Below are positions 20,206 through 30,915 of a stretch of 64,000 nucleotides of DNA, piece by piece. Source of the DNA: a virus. Under the pieces are notes generated by a model. That model was not told where the DNA came from and did not search any database. It was given only the letters and a program-made list of their open reading frames with translations. The DNA is taken from IMG/VR virus record IMGVR_UViG_3300006925_000014, positions 3,008 through 67,007 of that record, one strand, 5' to 3'. Position numbers and translations under genes: made by a program. Numbering within the stretch: position 1 is the stretch's first letter; the number at the start of each line of letters is the position of its first letter.

Positions 20206-20908
20206 TGGTATCATTGTAGTAGCAACCAATAAGGCATATTATTACAATGCAGCTTGTCAGTTAGGAGAGTCTATTAAAGAATACACTCCTGATTTTAACA
20301 TTACGTTGTATACCCAAGAAGACTTTGTAAATAATAATTGTAAAATTTTTGATAATGTAATTACCGATGTTCCAATTCATGAAAACTCTAAAGTGAATCA
20401 AAGAACTAAAATGTGGGCAATGGCAAACTCACCATATGAAACTACACTATACCTTGATGCGGACATGGAAATTGTACATGAAGATTTTTCTACAGTATTT
20501 GAACAGATTAAAGACAATGATTTACTTTGGACTAAAATAACCGAAGATAGAAAATATGCTTTTAATTTTATTAAATCTGGAAATGTTACCTTTGAATATC
20601 ATGGTGGATTATGTCTTTATAAGTCATCAGCAAAAGATTTCATGATGGATTGGTATAATCTTTGGGTAAAACAATCAACCCAAAAATGGTGGCCTGATCC
20701 AACTAGGTATCCATATAATTTAAGAGATTTCGATCAATTTGGTTTGTGGTGGCTGCTAAATAAAGAGAGTGATAAATATAAATATTTGAAGCATGACTTT
20801 TTTGAAGACGATACAAGATGGAATGCGGTGATACAATATAATGAAAAATTGGGGCATGGAAAAATGCCTATTATACGTCATTATTCAGGTTGTCACATTA
20901 CTAATTAA
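20198..20908 (+). CDS. Glycosyltransferase, GT-A fold (GT8-like nucleotide-diphospho-sugar transferase)
   Basis: K..AM..SPYETTLYLDAD (DxD motif), HGG..Y, DQF.LW and II.HY motifs. Confidence 0.8.
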   Translation: MNNGIIVVATNKAYYYNAACQLGESIKEYTPDFNITLYTQEDFVNNNCKIFDNVITDVPIHENSKVNQRTKMWAMANSPYETTLYLDADMEIVHEDFSTVFEQIKDNDLLWTKITEDRKYAFNFIKSGNVTFEYHGGLCLYKSSAKDFMMDWYNLWVKQSTQKWWPDPTRYPYNLRDFDQFGLWWLLNKESDKYKYLKHDFFEDDTRWNAVIQYNEKLGHGKMPIIRHYSGCHITN

Positions 20909-20918
20909 GGAATAATAA

Positions 20919-21587
20919 ATGGCTGAGTATGCTATATTAACAGCCGAACAGGGAACAGATACTACCTTTCAGGTTGACGTGGTTGATCAGAATAGAAATC
21001 CCCGTGACTTGACGGGCATATCTGTTGCCGCTAAATTTAGAAAACAATATAATTCTAATATTGTATATGAGTTTGAAGACTCTGTTGCTACACCAGCAAC
21101 TGATGGTATTATTAAATTGCACTTAGATGCAGCATTTACCAACACAATTGATGCTGGTAGATATTTCTATGATGTAGAAATCACAACAGTTACAGACACT
21201 ACAGAACGTATTGTAGAGGGTATTCTAGAGATTACTCCTGCTGTAACTCAATCAGCTAGAGCATTCAAGGCAAGCACTAGATTAATTCCTGTCCAGTTAG
21301 GTGACCTTACAGATGTAGATGCAAGCAATCTATCACACAATGCAAGTCTTATCTATGACTCAGACCAGAAAAGATTTGAGTTTGGTCTTGCAGATATTGG
21401 AACCCTTGACTCTGCTGAAGTTTTAAATATTGCCGACTCTGATTATATCTTGTCAGTATATTCTGCTGGTAACAATATCACTATTGACAGTGCAGGGGTA
21501 ATTACCAGTACTGCTACAGCAGAGGACTCTGCTATTGAGGCTGCTTTAGCATCAGAAGCATTACTTATTGACGGAGGCTCTTTCTAA
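20919..21587 (+). CDS. Virion structural protein (BppU-like N-terminus, IDGGSF C-terminus)
   Basis: EQGTD.TF, DLTG..V.A..RK and GRY.YDVEI..RIVEG.LEITP.VT motifs. Confidence 0.65.
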   Translation: MAEYAILTAEQGTDTTFQVDVVDQNRNPRDLTGISVAAKFRKQYNSNIVYEFEDSVATPATDGIIKLHLDAAFTNTIDAGRYFYDVEITTVTDTTERIVEGILEITPAVTQSARAFKASTRLIPVQLGDLTDVDASNLSHNASLIYDSDQKRFEFGLADIGTLDSAEVLNIADSDYILSVYSAGNNITIDSAGVITSTATAEDSAIEAALASEALLIDGGSF

Positions 21588-22039
21588 TGGCTAAAACAAT
21601 TTACGTCAAAAAGGTAAGTTCTGGTATTCCAACTGGAATATCTTCAATCGGTATTAGACAACTTAATGATGTAAATGATAGTGGCTTAGATGCTACCAAT
21701 AAATACTTAGTATATAATGATAGTGCAAATGAGTTTAGATTTGGAACTATTGATGGTCTTACTACTACACTGAGAGCATTGGGTGATGTTGATGTATCTA
21801 ATCTAAGCCCTACAAATAGATTCCTTCAATATGATAGTGTTAGCACTAACTTTGTCTTTAGTTCATTAGAAGATATTACAGTAGGTGTGAGTAGTGTTAA
21901 TGGTCTTACTGGTGATGTTATTTTAGAATTATTAGACTCGGATGACATTAAGTCATTAGGATTAGATTCAGCGGAAGTTCAAGGTATTGTGGAAGCAAAT
22001 CAAGTTCAGGTAGACTCTATTGATGGTGGGTCTTTCTAA
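21587..22039 (+). CDS. Small fibre-related structural protein
   Basis: L.DVD..L.Y fibre repeats, VSSVNGLTGDV motif, C-terminal IDGGSF. Confidence 0.6.
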   Translation: MAKTIYVKKVSSGIPTGISSIGIRQLNDVNDSGLDATNKYLVYNDSANEFRFGTIDGLTTTLRALGDVDVSNLSPTNRFLQYDSVSTNFVFSSLEDITVGVSSVNGLTGDVILELLDSDDIKSLGLDSAEVQGIVEANQVQVDSIDGGSF

Positions 22040-22043
22040 TCGT

Positions 22044-22051
22044 TATAAATA
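22044..22051 (+). promoter_or_regulatory. T4-type late promoter
   Basis: Intergenic TATAAATA. Confidence 0.75.
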
Positions 22052-22082
22052 AATATAAATTCAAGTTTATCAAGGTTTAGAA

Positions 22083-24533
22083 ATGGCAATTATTAAACAT
22101 AAACGTAGTTCAGTAGCGGGTAATAAACCTACCGATAGTGATTTAGTTCTAGGTGAACTTGCTATTAACACCCATGACGGTGTAATTTTCTTTGAACAAA
22201 ATCGTGACGGTGAAGTTACTATCAAGGAAATTGATGGTACGAGTGCTGCTACAAACGTATTTTATGTATCTAAAAATGGTGATGACAAAAACGACGGAAC
22301 ATCTCTTGCACGGTCCTTTAAAACCATTGACAGGGCTTTGGAAGTAGCATCTGTTAGAAGAGGTAATGCTTCACTGGACTCAGATGGTGCTGAAGGTTCT
22401 GAACTTGAAAATAAAACTAGAAGAGACCTAAATTTTTATGTAGGTGCTTCAAAATACGATATTACTTTGGGGTCTACCTTTAACCAAGTATTTCAAGGTC
22501 GTGCCGGATCATATACTAAAGGTCTAACAGAAGTTCTCACTTCTCTGAGTAAAGCAAAAGACTTGACAAATGATCTTTCTGCGATTAATGGCAACCCTAC
22601 AATATTATCTAGGGCAGATGGTTACTGGGATGAGTTGACTGATATCGTACAAAATGGTAGAGACAACGCAGATACACTGGCTGCAAGCGCATATCCAGTT
22701 CCAGCTTCTGGGTATTATGATGCTAGTGCTACTGCAAATGATGCGCAGTATACCAGAGAACTTCTGTTAAATAATAAAGTGTTTATTTCTGAGGAAGTAA
22801 ACGAAAAGGTTAAAGACTTATACCCTACTTTAAACTACGATGAAGTCAAGTGTAAAAGAGATATTAGATTTGCTGTAGAAGCACTTATCTATGATGCAAC
22901 ATATCTTGGTAATTCAGGTACATATGATAATGCAGCATTCTTTTTCTTCTACGGTGATGGTGATCCACAAATTTCGGAGATTGAAACTCCTGCTACTGCA
23001 TATGCTTACGAATATATGGGTAGTGTTATTTCTGATATTCTTAGTGGAGCTACAGTGGTCCTTTCTGGTCAACCTTCTGACTACACAGCCTTACAGCAAA
23101 CTGCTGCCAACTACCCCTCTACAAACAAAAGGTCCGAGATTGTTTCATTAGCAGAGATGATTGGTGATACAATTGCTAATGGATATTCATACCTTACAAC
23201 TAACTTTACCAGAACCACTCCTGATGCAGATAGTAGAGTTAGCTTTACAGCAGGTGCTTTAGGTGCTACTGAAAAGAATGCCTTTGATGCAGTTTTAGGG
23301 GCAACCACAGCAATTGTCAATGATGTAGTTACTCATATTGATCAAACATATCCATTACTGTTTGATATTGGTGACCGATACCAAGATGTTTTAGATGGTC
23401 CTGAAATTGCTTCTACTATCTATGTCAAGACTGGTGAGTATACAATTAATAACCCATTAATTATTCCAAAGAACGTATCTTTGATTGGCGATAACTTGAA
23501 GAACACAAGTATCCGTCCTAAGAATAAGACTTCTGATATGTTCTATGTTTACAACAATGCGTATGTTTCTGACTTTACATTCCGGGACCACTTACAGCCA
23601 GCCGCAGTATTTGCATGGAACCCTACTGACTCTGCTGGCAATAACATCATTGTAAACTCTCCTTACATTAGAAACTGTACATCTATCACAGGTCCAGATT
23701 TATCTAGAAATGATGATGGTACTTACACATATGCGGATAGTAATGGTGATGTATTGCAAGGTGGGGATGGTATTAGAAACGATGGTAATCATGCTGGTGG
23801 TATTCGGTCTATGGTTGTAGACTCGTTTACCCAAATTAACCAAGGTGGTAAAGGTATTTACCTAAAGAACCAAGGATACTGTCAGTTGGTGTCAGTGTTT
23901 ACAGTATATTGTTCTCATGGCTTCCTTGCAGAGAATGGTGGTTTTGCTTCTATTACAAACTCAAACAGTTCATTTGGTAATATTGGATTGATGGCTACAG
24001 GAGTATCTCCTACATTGTATGCAGGTAATGTTGATGGGCAACAGAATATTCTTAATAATGATATTACTTTGAAAAATCTCCCACAAAAACCAAATATTTC
24101 TGATGCTGTTAAGTTTAGTGAAGATACCAACTATTTCACTGTAGATTCTGTATCTTATAATGAAGGCACAGGGACCGCCTCTATTAAACTTCTGGAAGCA
24201 CCAACTATTGCCTTTACTGATAGCAGTTCAGTTTCTTTCCATAGAAGAAGTGCCTTATCGTCATCTGGTCACACGTTTGAATGGATTGGAACAGGCACGG
24301 ATGTTAGAACATCTTTCCCATATCGTGGGGGTGTTCCAGTACAGTCGGATGAGGTAATTCAAGATTCTGATCGTGGTGGACTTTGTTTTGTTACAAGCAC
24401 TGACCAGAAAGGTGATTTCAGAGTTGGTGAAAACTTTAGAATTCAAAGATCAACAGGCACCATTGAAGGTGATGCTTTTGATAGAAGCCTGTTTGCTCGT
24501 ATTACACCATTCTCACTTGCACTAGAGGATTAA
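22083..24533 (+). CDS. Fibre/spike protein with a pectin-lyase-like beta-helix region
   Basis: N-terminal IKHKRS..P..L..GELAINT.DG; YVSKNGDD.NDG..FKTI; SPYIRNCTS; SMVVDSFTQ.NQGG; STDQ.GDFRVG. Confidence 0.7.
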   Translation: MAIIKHKRSSVAGNKPTDSDLVLGELAINTHDGVIFFEQNRDGEVTIKEIDGTSAATNVFYVSKNGDDKNDGTSLARSFKTIDRALEVASVRRGNASLDSDGAEGSELENKTRRDLNFYVGASKYDITLGSTFNQVFQGRAGSYTKGLTEVLTSLSKAKDLTNDLSAINGNPTILSRADGYWDELTDIVQNGRDNADTLAASAYPVPASGYYDASATANDAQYTRELLLNNKVFISEEVNEKVKDLYPTLNYDEVKCKRDIRFAVEALIYDATYLGNSGTYDNAAFFFFYGDGDPQISEIETPATAYAYEYMGSVISDILSGATVVLSGQPSDYTALQQTAANYPSTNKRSEIVSLAEMIGDTIANGYSYLTTNFTRTTPDADSRVSFTAGALGATEKNAFDAVLGATTAIVNDVVTHIDQTYPLLFDIGDRYQDVLDGPEIASTIYVKTGEYTINNPLIIPKNVSLIGDNLKNTSIRPKNKTSDMFYVYNNAYVSDFTFRDHLQPAAVFAWNPTDSAGNNIIVNSPYIRNCTSITGPDLSRNDDGTYTYADSNGDVLQGGDGIRNDGNHAGGIRSMVVDSFTQINQGGKGIYLKNQGYCQLVSVFTVYCSHGFLAENGGFASITNSNSSFGNIGLMATGVSPTLYAGNVDGQQNILNNDITLKNLPQKPNISDAVKFSEDTNYFTVDSVSYNEGTGTASIKLLEAPTIAFTDSSSVSFHRRSALSSSGHTFEWIGTGTDVRTSFPYRGGVPVQSDEVIQDSDRGGLCFVTSTDQKGDFRVGENFRIQRSTGTIEGDAFDRSLFARITPFSLALED

Positions 24534-24542
24534 GGAAAAAAA

Positions 24543-24878
24543 ATGGCTGACCTAAACGTATTTCGTTCAATTACACATTCTGTCCAAGACAGTTCTACAG
24601 TTGCTTACACAGCACCTGATGGGTACACAGGTATTGTTCTGTCTACTCAGGTGGCAAATGCATCTGATAGCACACATTGGCTTACTTTAACTGTTCAGGA
24701 TTCGGCATCTGCTCCTGCAAATGAGTTGCTATCTCAATTTGATATTCCGGGAAGAGATGCAGCATCTGCAACTTCTGGTAAAACAGTTGTGACCACAGGA
24801 CAAATTTTAAAAATGCGTTCTTCTGGACAAAATAAACTTAAAGCTACTATCGGAATTTTGGAGTCACTAAATGGCTAA
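24543..24878 (+). CDS. Small structural protein
   Basis: YTAP.GYTGIVL..QVAN and C-terminal ILESLN, typical of the partner gene of the preceding fibre. Confidence 0.65.
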   Translation: MADLNVFRSITHSVQDSSTVAYTAPDGYTGIVLSTQVANASDSTHWLTLTVQDSASAPANELLSQFDIPGRDAASATSGKTVVTTGQILKMRSSGQNKLKATIGILESLNG

Positions 24879-27618
24879 CTTACTCAGTAGAAAAGTAAAA
24901 AGTGCAGAGATACCTGATACTTTTTTCAGACTAGAAGATGTAGAACCTAGTCTTGGTGTTCCTAATGATAGTAACTCTATCGTGGTATCTGTTACTAATG
25001 GTGACAGAACTTTTTATAAGATAGACAGTGGATTTTCCTTTGATAATGATTCTGGTGCAAGAAGAATCAGTATTGACCTATCTCAGTTTGGTATTACAAA
25101 TTTAAGCAATGTAGATGACTCTGATGGTCTTGGGAATGTTATTGATGGTGGCAAGCTTTTAGTTTACAGTGCATCTAGAAATGCGTTTGTTCCAAGTGTA
25201 GGTGGTGTATCTCTTGACTCTAATGATGCTGTTACTCTTAACGGTGAAGGTCCATTATTCTACCTTGATGCAAGAAATCACAATTACAATCAGACAGTAT
25301 TTGACTCTAACTTTGGTGTATTATCAGGTAGGGATTCTGTTAGGTTCACAAGCAATGAGCTTTTTATATCTGGAAAAACAGAGTTAACTAGACTTCAAGT
25401 AAGTGACTCGGCAAAAATTCAAGGATTATTAACGGTTTTTGGTAATATTGAAACTGATGAAACAATAAAAACCAATAGACTTTCTGTAGATAGTTCTGCT
25501 CTCGTTAATGGCAACTTAACAGCAATAACACTTAGTGGGAATGGTGCTGGTCTGACAAATCTAACGGCAGATAGTGCCGTATTTGCAGATTTAGCTGCTG
25601 ATTTAGAAAGTGCTGCCTTTGATGCATTATTTGCAGATAAGACTACTGGTGAGTTAACTGAAGGTTCTAATCTCTACTATACTGAGGCTAGAGCAGATTC
25701 AAATATCACTAGATATGTTACAGTAAATAATTTACGGTTTGCTGATACTCGTAAAGCAACCTTTGGTGATGATAGTGACCTGAAGATTTACCATGATGGT
25801 TCTTCCAATGTCTATCAGGGTTCTTCTCATGCATTCCGCAATGCTCATGGCAATGATGTTATTACAGTTGACAGTGACCATGCAGTATTGAAGTATGATG
25901 GGAATGCTAAACTTACTGTAGTTGACTCTGGCATTGAAGTTACCGGGAATATTTCTGGTACTAACTTAACCTTAACTGGTGACCTGACAATTACAGGTAC
26001 AACTACTACGGTTAATACTACAACACTTCAGGTATCTGACCCACTCATTCACTTAGCAGTAGGTAATGAATCTGCTGATGTTGTGGATATTGGTTTCTTT
26101 GGACACTATTCCAATGATGCTGGTGTGACTAGACAGCATACAGGTTTCTTTAGAGATGCTAACAATGGTGAGTATTTCCTTTTTGGTACATATGTTAGTG
26201 CTGGTTTAGATTCTGAAATTCCTGACACAACTATAGACAGAACAGACCCTACGTTTGGTTTAGCTGAACTTAATCTGAAATCTATTAAAGCAGATTCTGC
26301 TACAATTAGTGGTCCTATCAAGTTTTCTAATGTATATGCTACTGAAGGCGCATTACCAAGTGCAGCAACCTATCATGGTATGTTTGCCCATGTACATGCT
26401 ACAGGTAAAGGTTACTTTGCTCATGGTGGTCAGTGGCACAAGCTTCTGGATGAAACCTCTAGTACAACAGACGACCTGACAGAAGGCTCCACTAATCAGT
26501 ACTTCACTACAGCTAGAGCAAGAGCATCCCTTGGTGTGGAAAATACTAGCGGAACTGGAAACGGTTTTGGTAGTCTTGCTTATGATAGTACTAGTGGTGC
26601 ATATACATTAACACAAGTAGACTCTGATGATATTCTTACAGTATATTCTGCTGGTAACAATATCACAATTTCTCCTACTGGTGTTATCACTGCATCCGGT
26701 GCACCACAGGCAGACAATGCAGCATTACTGGATAGTTTAGATGCTATTCAATTCCTGAGAAGTGATGTTGATGATTTCTATAAAGCAAACAATACTCTGA
26801 CATTCCTGACGGGTTCTAAGTTAGCATTTGGTGATTCTACTGCACCAACATACTTTACTCATACAGGTAGTGGGCTTAGATTTGTTGGCAACCCAATTCA
26901 AAACCTGAATGTTACATTGTTTGATAGTCTTGTATCTGGACAGTTCCTAAGAAGTGATGCAACTTCTAATGTCACATCTGGTTTGGTCTTTAATGACAAT
27001 GTTCAATTGAATTTTGGTACGGATTCTGATGCGCAAATGTACCATAGTGGTTCAGCATTTGTCACCAGAAACAATACTGGTGATTATCATGTTCAGAGTC
27101 AAGGTTTCTTAATTGAGAATTCTACTGGCACTGAAATTATGATTGACGCTGAAGCTAACTCTTTTGTTAAACTATACTATGATAATGCAGTAAAGTTTAG
27201 TACACTGTCAGATGGTGCTAGGATTTCTGGGACTCTTGAAATTACGAATGGGATTAGTCATGTAAATGGAAGTAACACTACAGAATTCCGTCCTTCTGGT
27301 GTTCCAATTACCACAAATGCCATCACAGTAGTTGATACTTATGATGCTTCTAGATTACCAACTACAATTAAATATGATGTTCACATGCATGATGTAAGCA
27401 CAACACCTGATGAAACACAAGTCAGTACTGTATTGGTAGCCTTTAATGGTGAATCTGATGTAGGCTTTACTGAATTCGGTGTGGTTCATACTGGTGACAG
27501 TGATATGGGATTCTTGACAGCAGATGTCAATCCAAGTGGAGAAGTAAGACTGTTATTTGAAAGACGTAATGGTAGAGGTACAATTGAAGTTAAACCTGCA
27601 AGAACAATTATTAAATAG
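24871..27618 (+). CDS. Tail fibre protein
   Basis: Modular fibre motifs: T..LTEGSNLYYT, FGDDSDLKIYHDG, GTTTTVNTT.L.V.DPLI, DIGFFGHY. Confidence 0.7.
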   Translation: MANLLSRKVKSAEIPDTFFRLEDVEPSLGVPNDSNSIVVSVTNGDRTFYKIDSGFSFDNDSGARRISIDLSQFGITNLSNVDDSDGLGNVIDGGKLLVYSASRNAFVPSVGGVSLDSNDAVTLNGEGPLFYLDARNHNYNQTVFDSNFGVLSGRDSVRFTSNELFISGKTELTRLQVSDSAKIQGLLTVFGNIETDETIKTNRLSVDSSALVNGNLTAITLSGNGAGLTNLTADSAVFADLAADLESAAFDALFADKTTGELTEGSNLYYTEARADSNITRYVTVNNLRFADTRKATFGDDSDLKIYHDGSSNVYQGSSHAFRNAHGNDVITVDSDHAVLKYDGNAKLTVVDSGIEVTGNISGTNLTLTGDLTITGTTTTVNTTTLQVSDPLIHLAVGNESADVVDIGFFGHYSNDAGVTRQHTGFFRDANNGEYFLFGTYVSAGLDSEIPDTTIDRTDPTFGLAELNLKSIKADSATISGPIKFSNVYATEGALPSAATYHGMFAHVHATGKGYFAHGGQWHKLLDETSSTTDDLTEGSTNQYFTTARARASLGVENTSGTGNGFGSLAYDSTSGAYTLTQVDSDDILTVYSAGNNITISPTGVITASGAPQADNAALLDSLDAIQFLRSDVDDFYKANNTLTFLTGSKLAFGDSTAPTYFTHTGSGLRFVGNPIQNLNVTLFDSLVSGQFLRSDATSNVTSGLVFNDNVQLNFGTDSDAQMYHSGSAFVTRNNTGDYHVQSQGFLIENSTGTEIMIDAEANSFVKLYYDNAVKFSTLSDGARISGTLEITNGISHVNGSNTTEFRPSGVPITTNAITVVDTYDASRLPTTIKYDVHMHDVSTTPDETQVSTVLVAFNGESDVGFTEFGVVHTGDSDMGFLTADVNPSGEVRLLFERRNGRGTIEVKPARTIIK

Positions 27619-27630
27619 GATATAAGTTAA

Positions 27631-30600
27631 ATGGCTGATTCTGCTAAAGATTTTGTAGTCAAACAGAACCTACGGGTTACAGGTAATATCGTCTCTGCTG
27701 GCGCAGGGTCGGTATTTACTGGTGATGGTGCACAACTGGACAATGTTGATGCAGTCACTCTTGGTGGGGAAAGTGGTGGCTTCTACAGGGATGCAACCAA
27801 CTTAAATGCTGGCACAATCAGTAATGACAGACTTCCTGCTACTATCACTAAAAATCTTACCGGTAACGTAACAGGTAATGTTGATGCTACAAGCGGTTCT
27901 GGTACGGTAGATGCAGACTCAGGTAGGTTTACAACTATCTCTGGTACTACAGCCTCGTTTAATACCTATGTTGGTGTATATGGTAACTTTGATACGTTTG
28001 ATGAGGTTTTTGATAGTTCCTTTACCAGAGACACTTTCAAGGCAAATGTATTTGATCCAGCATTTGATAGTTCCTTTACCAGAGACACTTTCAAGGCAAA
28101 TGTATTTGATCCAGCATTTGATAGCTCGTTAAGCAGAAAGTCTGCTGATGATATTGCTGATGGTCAGACAAATAAATTCTATACTACTGCTAGATTTGAT
28201 TCTGATTTTGGGTCAAAGAGTACAACAGAACTCAGCGAAGGTGGTAACCTTTACTACACTGAAGCAAGAGTAGACTCTGACATTACTGGAACTGTCACTA
28301 AAACATTTGTAGACGCATTAAATATTAATGCAGATCAAGTTGGCGGTGTAGAAGCAACGTCTTTTGTTAGAAGTGATCAGGACGATACAATTGGTGCTAA
28401 CCTCCAATTTACTGATGGTAATGAACTGAGACTTGGTACTGGTAACGATACAATTATCAAACACACTGGTACTCAAACAACAATAAACCATACTGGTACT
28501 GGTAATCTGGTCTTCCAAGCAGATGAGCAAACTAGATTAACTATTGAAGATGATAAGACAACTGTTACAGGAAAACTTCACACTGATAGTGTAACGTCTA
28601 CTGCTATAATTGAAGGCTTTGATGTTCGTGTAGATAACATGCTTGATATCTATGAATCTGCTGGTGGTAGAATTGCTGGTCATCTTGAAGGCACTGCTGC
28701 TGAAGGGTTGCAAATTCACTATTATTCTCAGATTGCTACAGAAGGTCTGAAAGTTATTGGTCATGATAGTGGTGAACTTGTTGGTACTACACAGATGCGA
28801 TTCACCTTTAGTGACGGTATTTCTTTTGAAAACCAAAGACTAAAGTTAGTATCAGACCCTGTAAGCAATCAAGATGTTGCTACAAAGGCATATGTAGATA
28901 ATACCTCTCAAGGTCTTGTAGTTAAAGATGGTGTAAAAGCAGCATCTACTGGTGATCTTAGTAGTGTTGCTGGTATTGGCACAGTAACATATAATAATAC
29001 TGCTGGTCCTGACTCCGGTGTAGGTTCTGGATTTAGCTTTACAGGTGTACTTAACGCACTTGATGGCCACACCTTTAGCTCTAATGATAGAGTGCTTATT
29101 AAAGACCAAACAAACACCTTTGAGAATGGTATTTACAGATGGGTAAACAATACTACCTTGACAAGAACTACGGATGCTGACCAAGATAGTGAACTTGGTG
29201 GGGGAGTATTCGTATTTGTTGAAAACGGTACTACTAACGCAAGTAACGGCTATGTTACTTCTCACTCTGGTCTTACTAATGTAGGCACAGATGATATTCT
29301 ATGGACACAATTCTCCGGTGCTGGTTTTATTGAAGCTGGTGACGCTCTGGTAAAAAATGGTAACGTTATTGACGTAAACCTTTCTGATGGTGCAGGTGGT
29401 ACATCTGGTCTGAAGGTTGAAACTGACCAACTGAAGATTAACTTAGGGGCAGGTGGTACTGGTTTAGAGATTTCCTCTAACGTTCTGCAAATTGCTGATG
29501 ATGGTGTTACTGCTTCAAAGATAAACTTTGGTTTGGGTGCAGGACAGATTAGTACTGCTGATCTTCCAGAAGACTCTGTATCGGGTAATACATACTTTAC
29601 CGTATCTAGAGCAAGAGCGGCTATTAATGCTGGTGCAGGTATTGGTTATGATTCTGTAAGTGGTGTAGTGTCTATTAATAATACCTCAAATGTAGGTGTA
29701 CTTGGTAGTTCAACTAGAATTCCAGTTATTACAGTTACAGCAGAAGGTTTAATTGATAGTATTGGAACAGCAGCAGTTGCTGGTGTAGATAGTGTAGCAT
29801 TTGATTCTAGCACTGGTGTTATTGAGTTAACACTTGGAGATGCTAGTGTAAAGACTGCACAAGTTGTTCTTGATGCATTCTCTACAGACAATCTTTCTGA
29901 AGGTAGCACAAAGCAATATTACTTAAAGTCTAGAGTAGATTCTGATATTGATCTAAGAGTTCCTACTATTATTGATAGTGATTATCTTGATGATTTTGTC
30001 AGACCTCTTTCTAGATTAGGATATGATTCTGGAACATTAGCTCCATTTGCTAGAGCAGCAATTAGTGTTGCGGGTGATGGTGTATCTTATGAACAGGGTA
30101 CAGGTGTAATCACAGTTGCCACAGTGACTAACTCTTTCCAAGTAACACAGGCTGGTCACGGGTTAAGAGAAGGTCATGCAGTCTATGAAGATGATGTTGC
30201 AGGATGGGTAAAAGCATTTGCCACAGATTCTGGTCATCAGCTTGCTACGCACGTTGTAGTAGATTTTGTAGACTCTGATACATTTGCAATTGCACAGAAT
30301 GGTATCTTTACAATTGGTGAAACTGGTTCTGTAAGTCCTGCTATTTCTCTGACAGCAGGTGAATACTACTACACAGGTAACGTAGATTCCGGTATCCCTG
30401 TCATTACACAGCCAGCAACATCTGTACAGCCTCTGTTCTATGCTCTGTCTTCTACACAAATGGAACTTAGTGTAGAGCATGCAATCAATGTATTCTCACC
30501 AGATGAGCCGTTGAATGTAAGCAGCACAGCAGGTAACTTTACTGTATCAGGTAATCTGAAAATAAGTGGATTAGGTGTTCCAAAAGTTGCTACAGTCAAT

Positions 30601-30912
30601 CCGGGTGGAACATATTACTTTGATAGTGGTAACGTAGCAAAGCTTACTATGTCTGCTGATGCAAGTATGCAGTTTGATAGTCCGGGTACTGTGTATGACG
30701 GGGCTGGATTTACTATCCTTGCCAAGAACACAGATGCATCTGCTCATAGACTGACACTGACCACTCCAAATGGTGTAACACTCCACACGGTAGGTGAAAA
30801 CAAAATGACTGTAAATGCTGGTAACATTGCAATTCTTAGTGGTGTTATTTACGGTGAGAAGGACATCTTGTTAACATCTACACAAATGGATAGCTCTATC
30901 ACAGGACAATAA
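27631..30912 (+). CDS. Tail fibre protein
   Basis: DVATKAYVD..QGL.VK..VKAAST, RVLIKDQT..ENGIY and QFSGAG modules; EG.NLYYT repeats. Confidence 0.7.
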   Translation: MADSAKDFVVKQNLRVTGNIVSAGAGSVFTGDGAQLDNVDAVTLGGESGGFYRDATNLNAGTISNDRLPATITKNLTGNVTGNVDATSGSGTVDADSGRFTTISGTTASFNTYVGVYGNFDTFDEVFDSSFTRDTFKANVFDPAFDSSFTRDTFKANVFDPAFDSSLSRKSADDIADGQTNKFYTTARFDSDFGSKSTTELSEGGNLYYTEARVDSDITGTVTKTFVDALNINADQVGGVEATSFVRSDQDDTIGANLQFTDGNELRLGTGNDTIIKHTGTQTTINHTGTGNLVFQADEQTRLTIEDDKTTVTGKLHTDSVTSTAIIEGFDVRVDNMLDIYESAGGRIAGHLEGTAAEGLQIHYYSQIATEGLKVIGHDSGELVGTTQMRFTFSDGISFENQRLKLVSDPVSNQDVATKAYVDNTSQGLVVKDGVKAASTGDLSSVAGIGTVTYNNTAGPDSGVGSGFSFTGVLNALDGHTFSSNDRVLIKDQTNTFENGIYRWVNNTTLTRTTDADQDSELGGGVFVFVENGTTNASNGYVTSHSGLTNVGTDDILWTQFSGAGFIEAGDALVKNGNVIDVNLSDGAGGTSGLKVETDQLKINLGAGGTGLEISSNVLQIADDGVTASKINFGLGAGQISTADLPEDSVSGNTYFTVSRARAAINAGAGIGYDSVSGVVSINNTSNVGVLGSSTRIPVITVTAEGLIDSIGTAAVAGVDSVAFDSSTGVIELTLGDASVKTAQVVLDAFSTDNLSEGSTKQYYLKSRVDSDIDLRVPTIIDSDYLDDFVRPLSRLGYDSGTLAPFARAAISVAGDGVSYEQGTGVITVATVTNSFQVTQAGHGLREGHAVYEDDVAGWVKAFATDSGHQLATHVVVDFVDSDTFAIAQNGIFTIGETGSVSPAISLTAGEYYYTGNVDSGIPVITQPATSVQPLFYALSSTQMELSVEHAINVFSPDEPLNVSSTAGNFTVSGNLKISGLGVPKVATVNPGGTYYFDSGNVAKLTMSADASMQFDSPGTVYDGAGFTILAKNTDASAHRLTLTTPNGVTLHTVGENKMTVNAGNIAILSGVIYGEKDILLTSTQMDSSITGQ
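28009..28124 (+). repeat. Exact in-frame 54-bp tandem duplication (2 copies plus 8 bp)
   Basis: tttgatagttcctttaccagagacactttcaaggcaaatgtatttgatccagca at 28009 and 28063; encodes FDSSFTRDTFKANVFDPA. Confidence 0.95.
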
Positions 30913-30915
30913 AGA

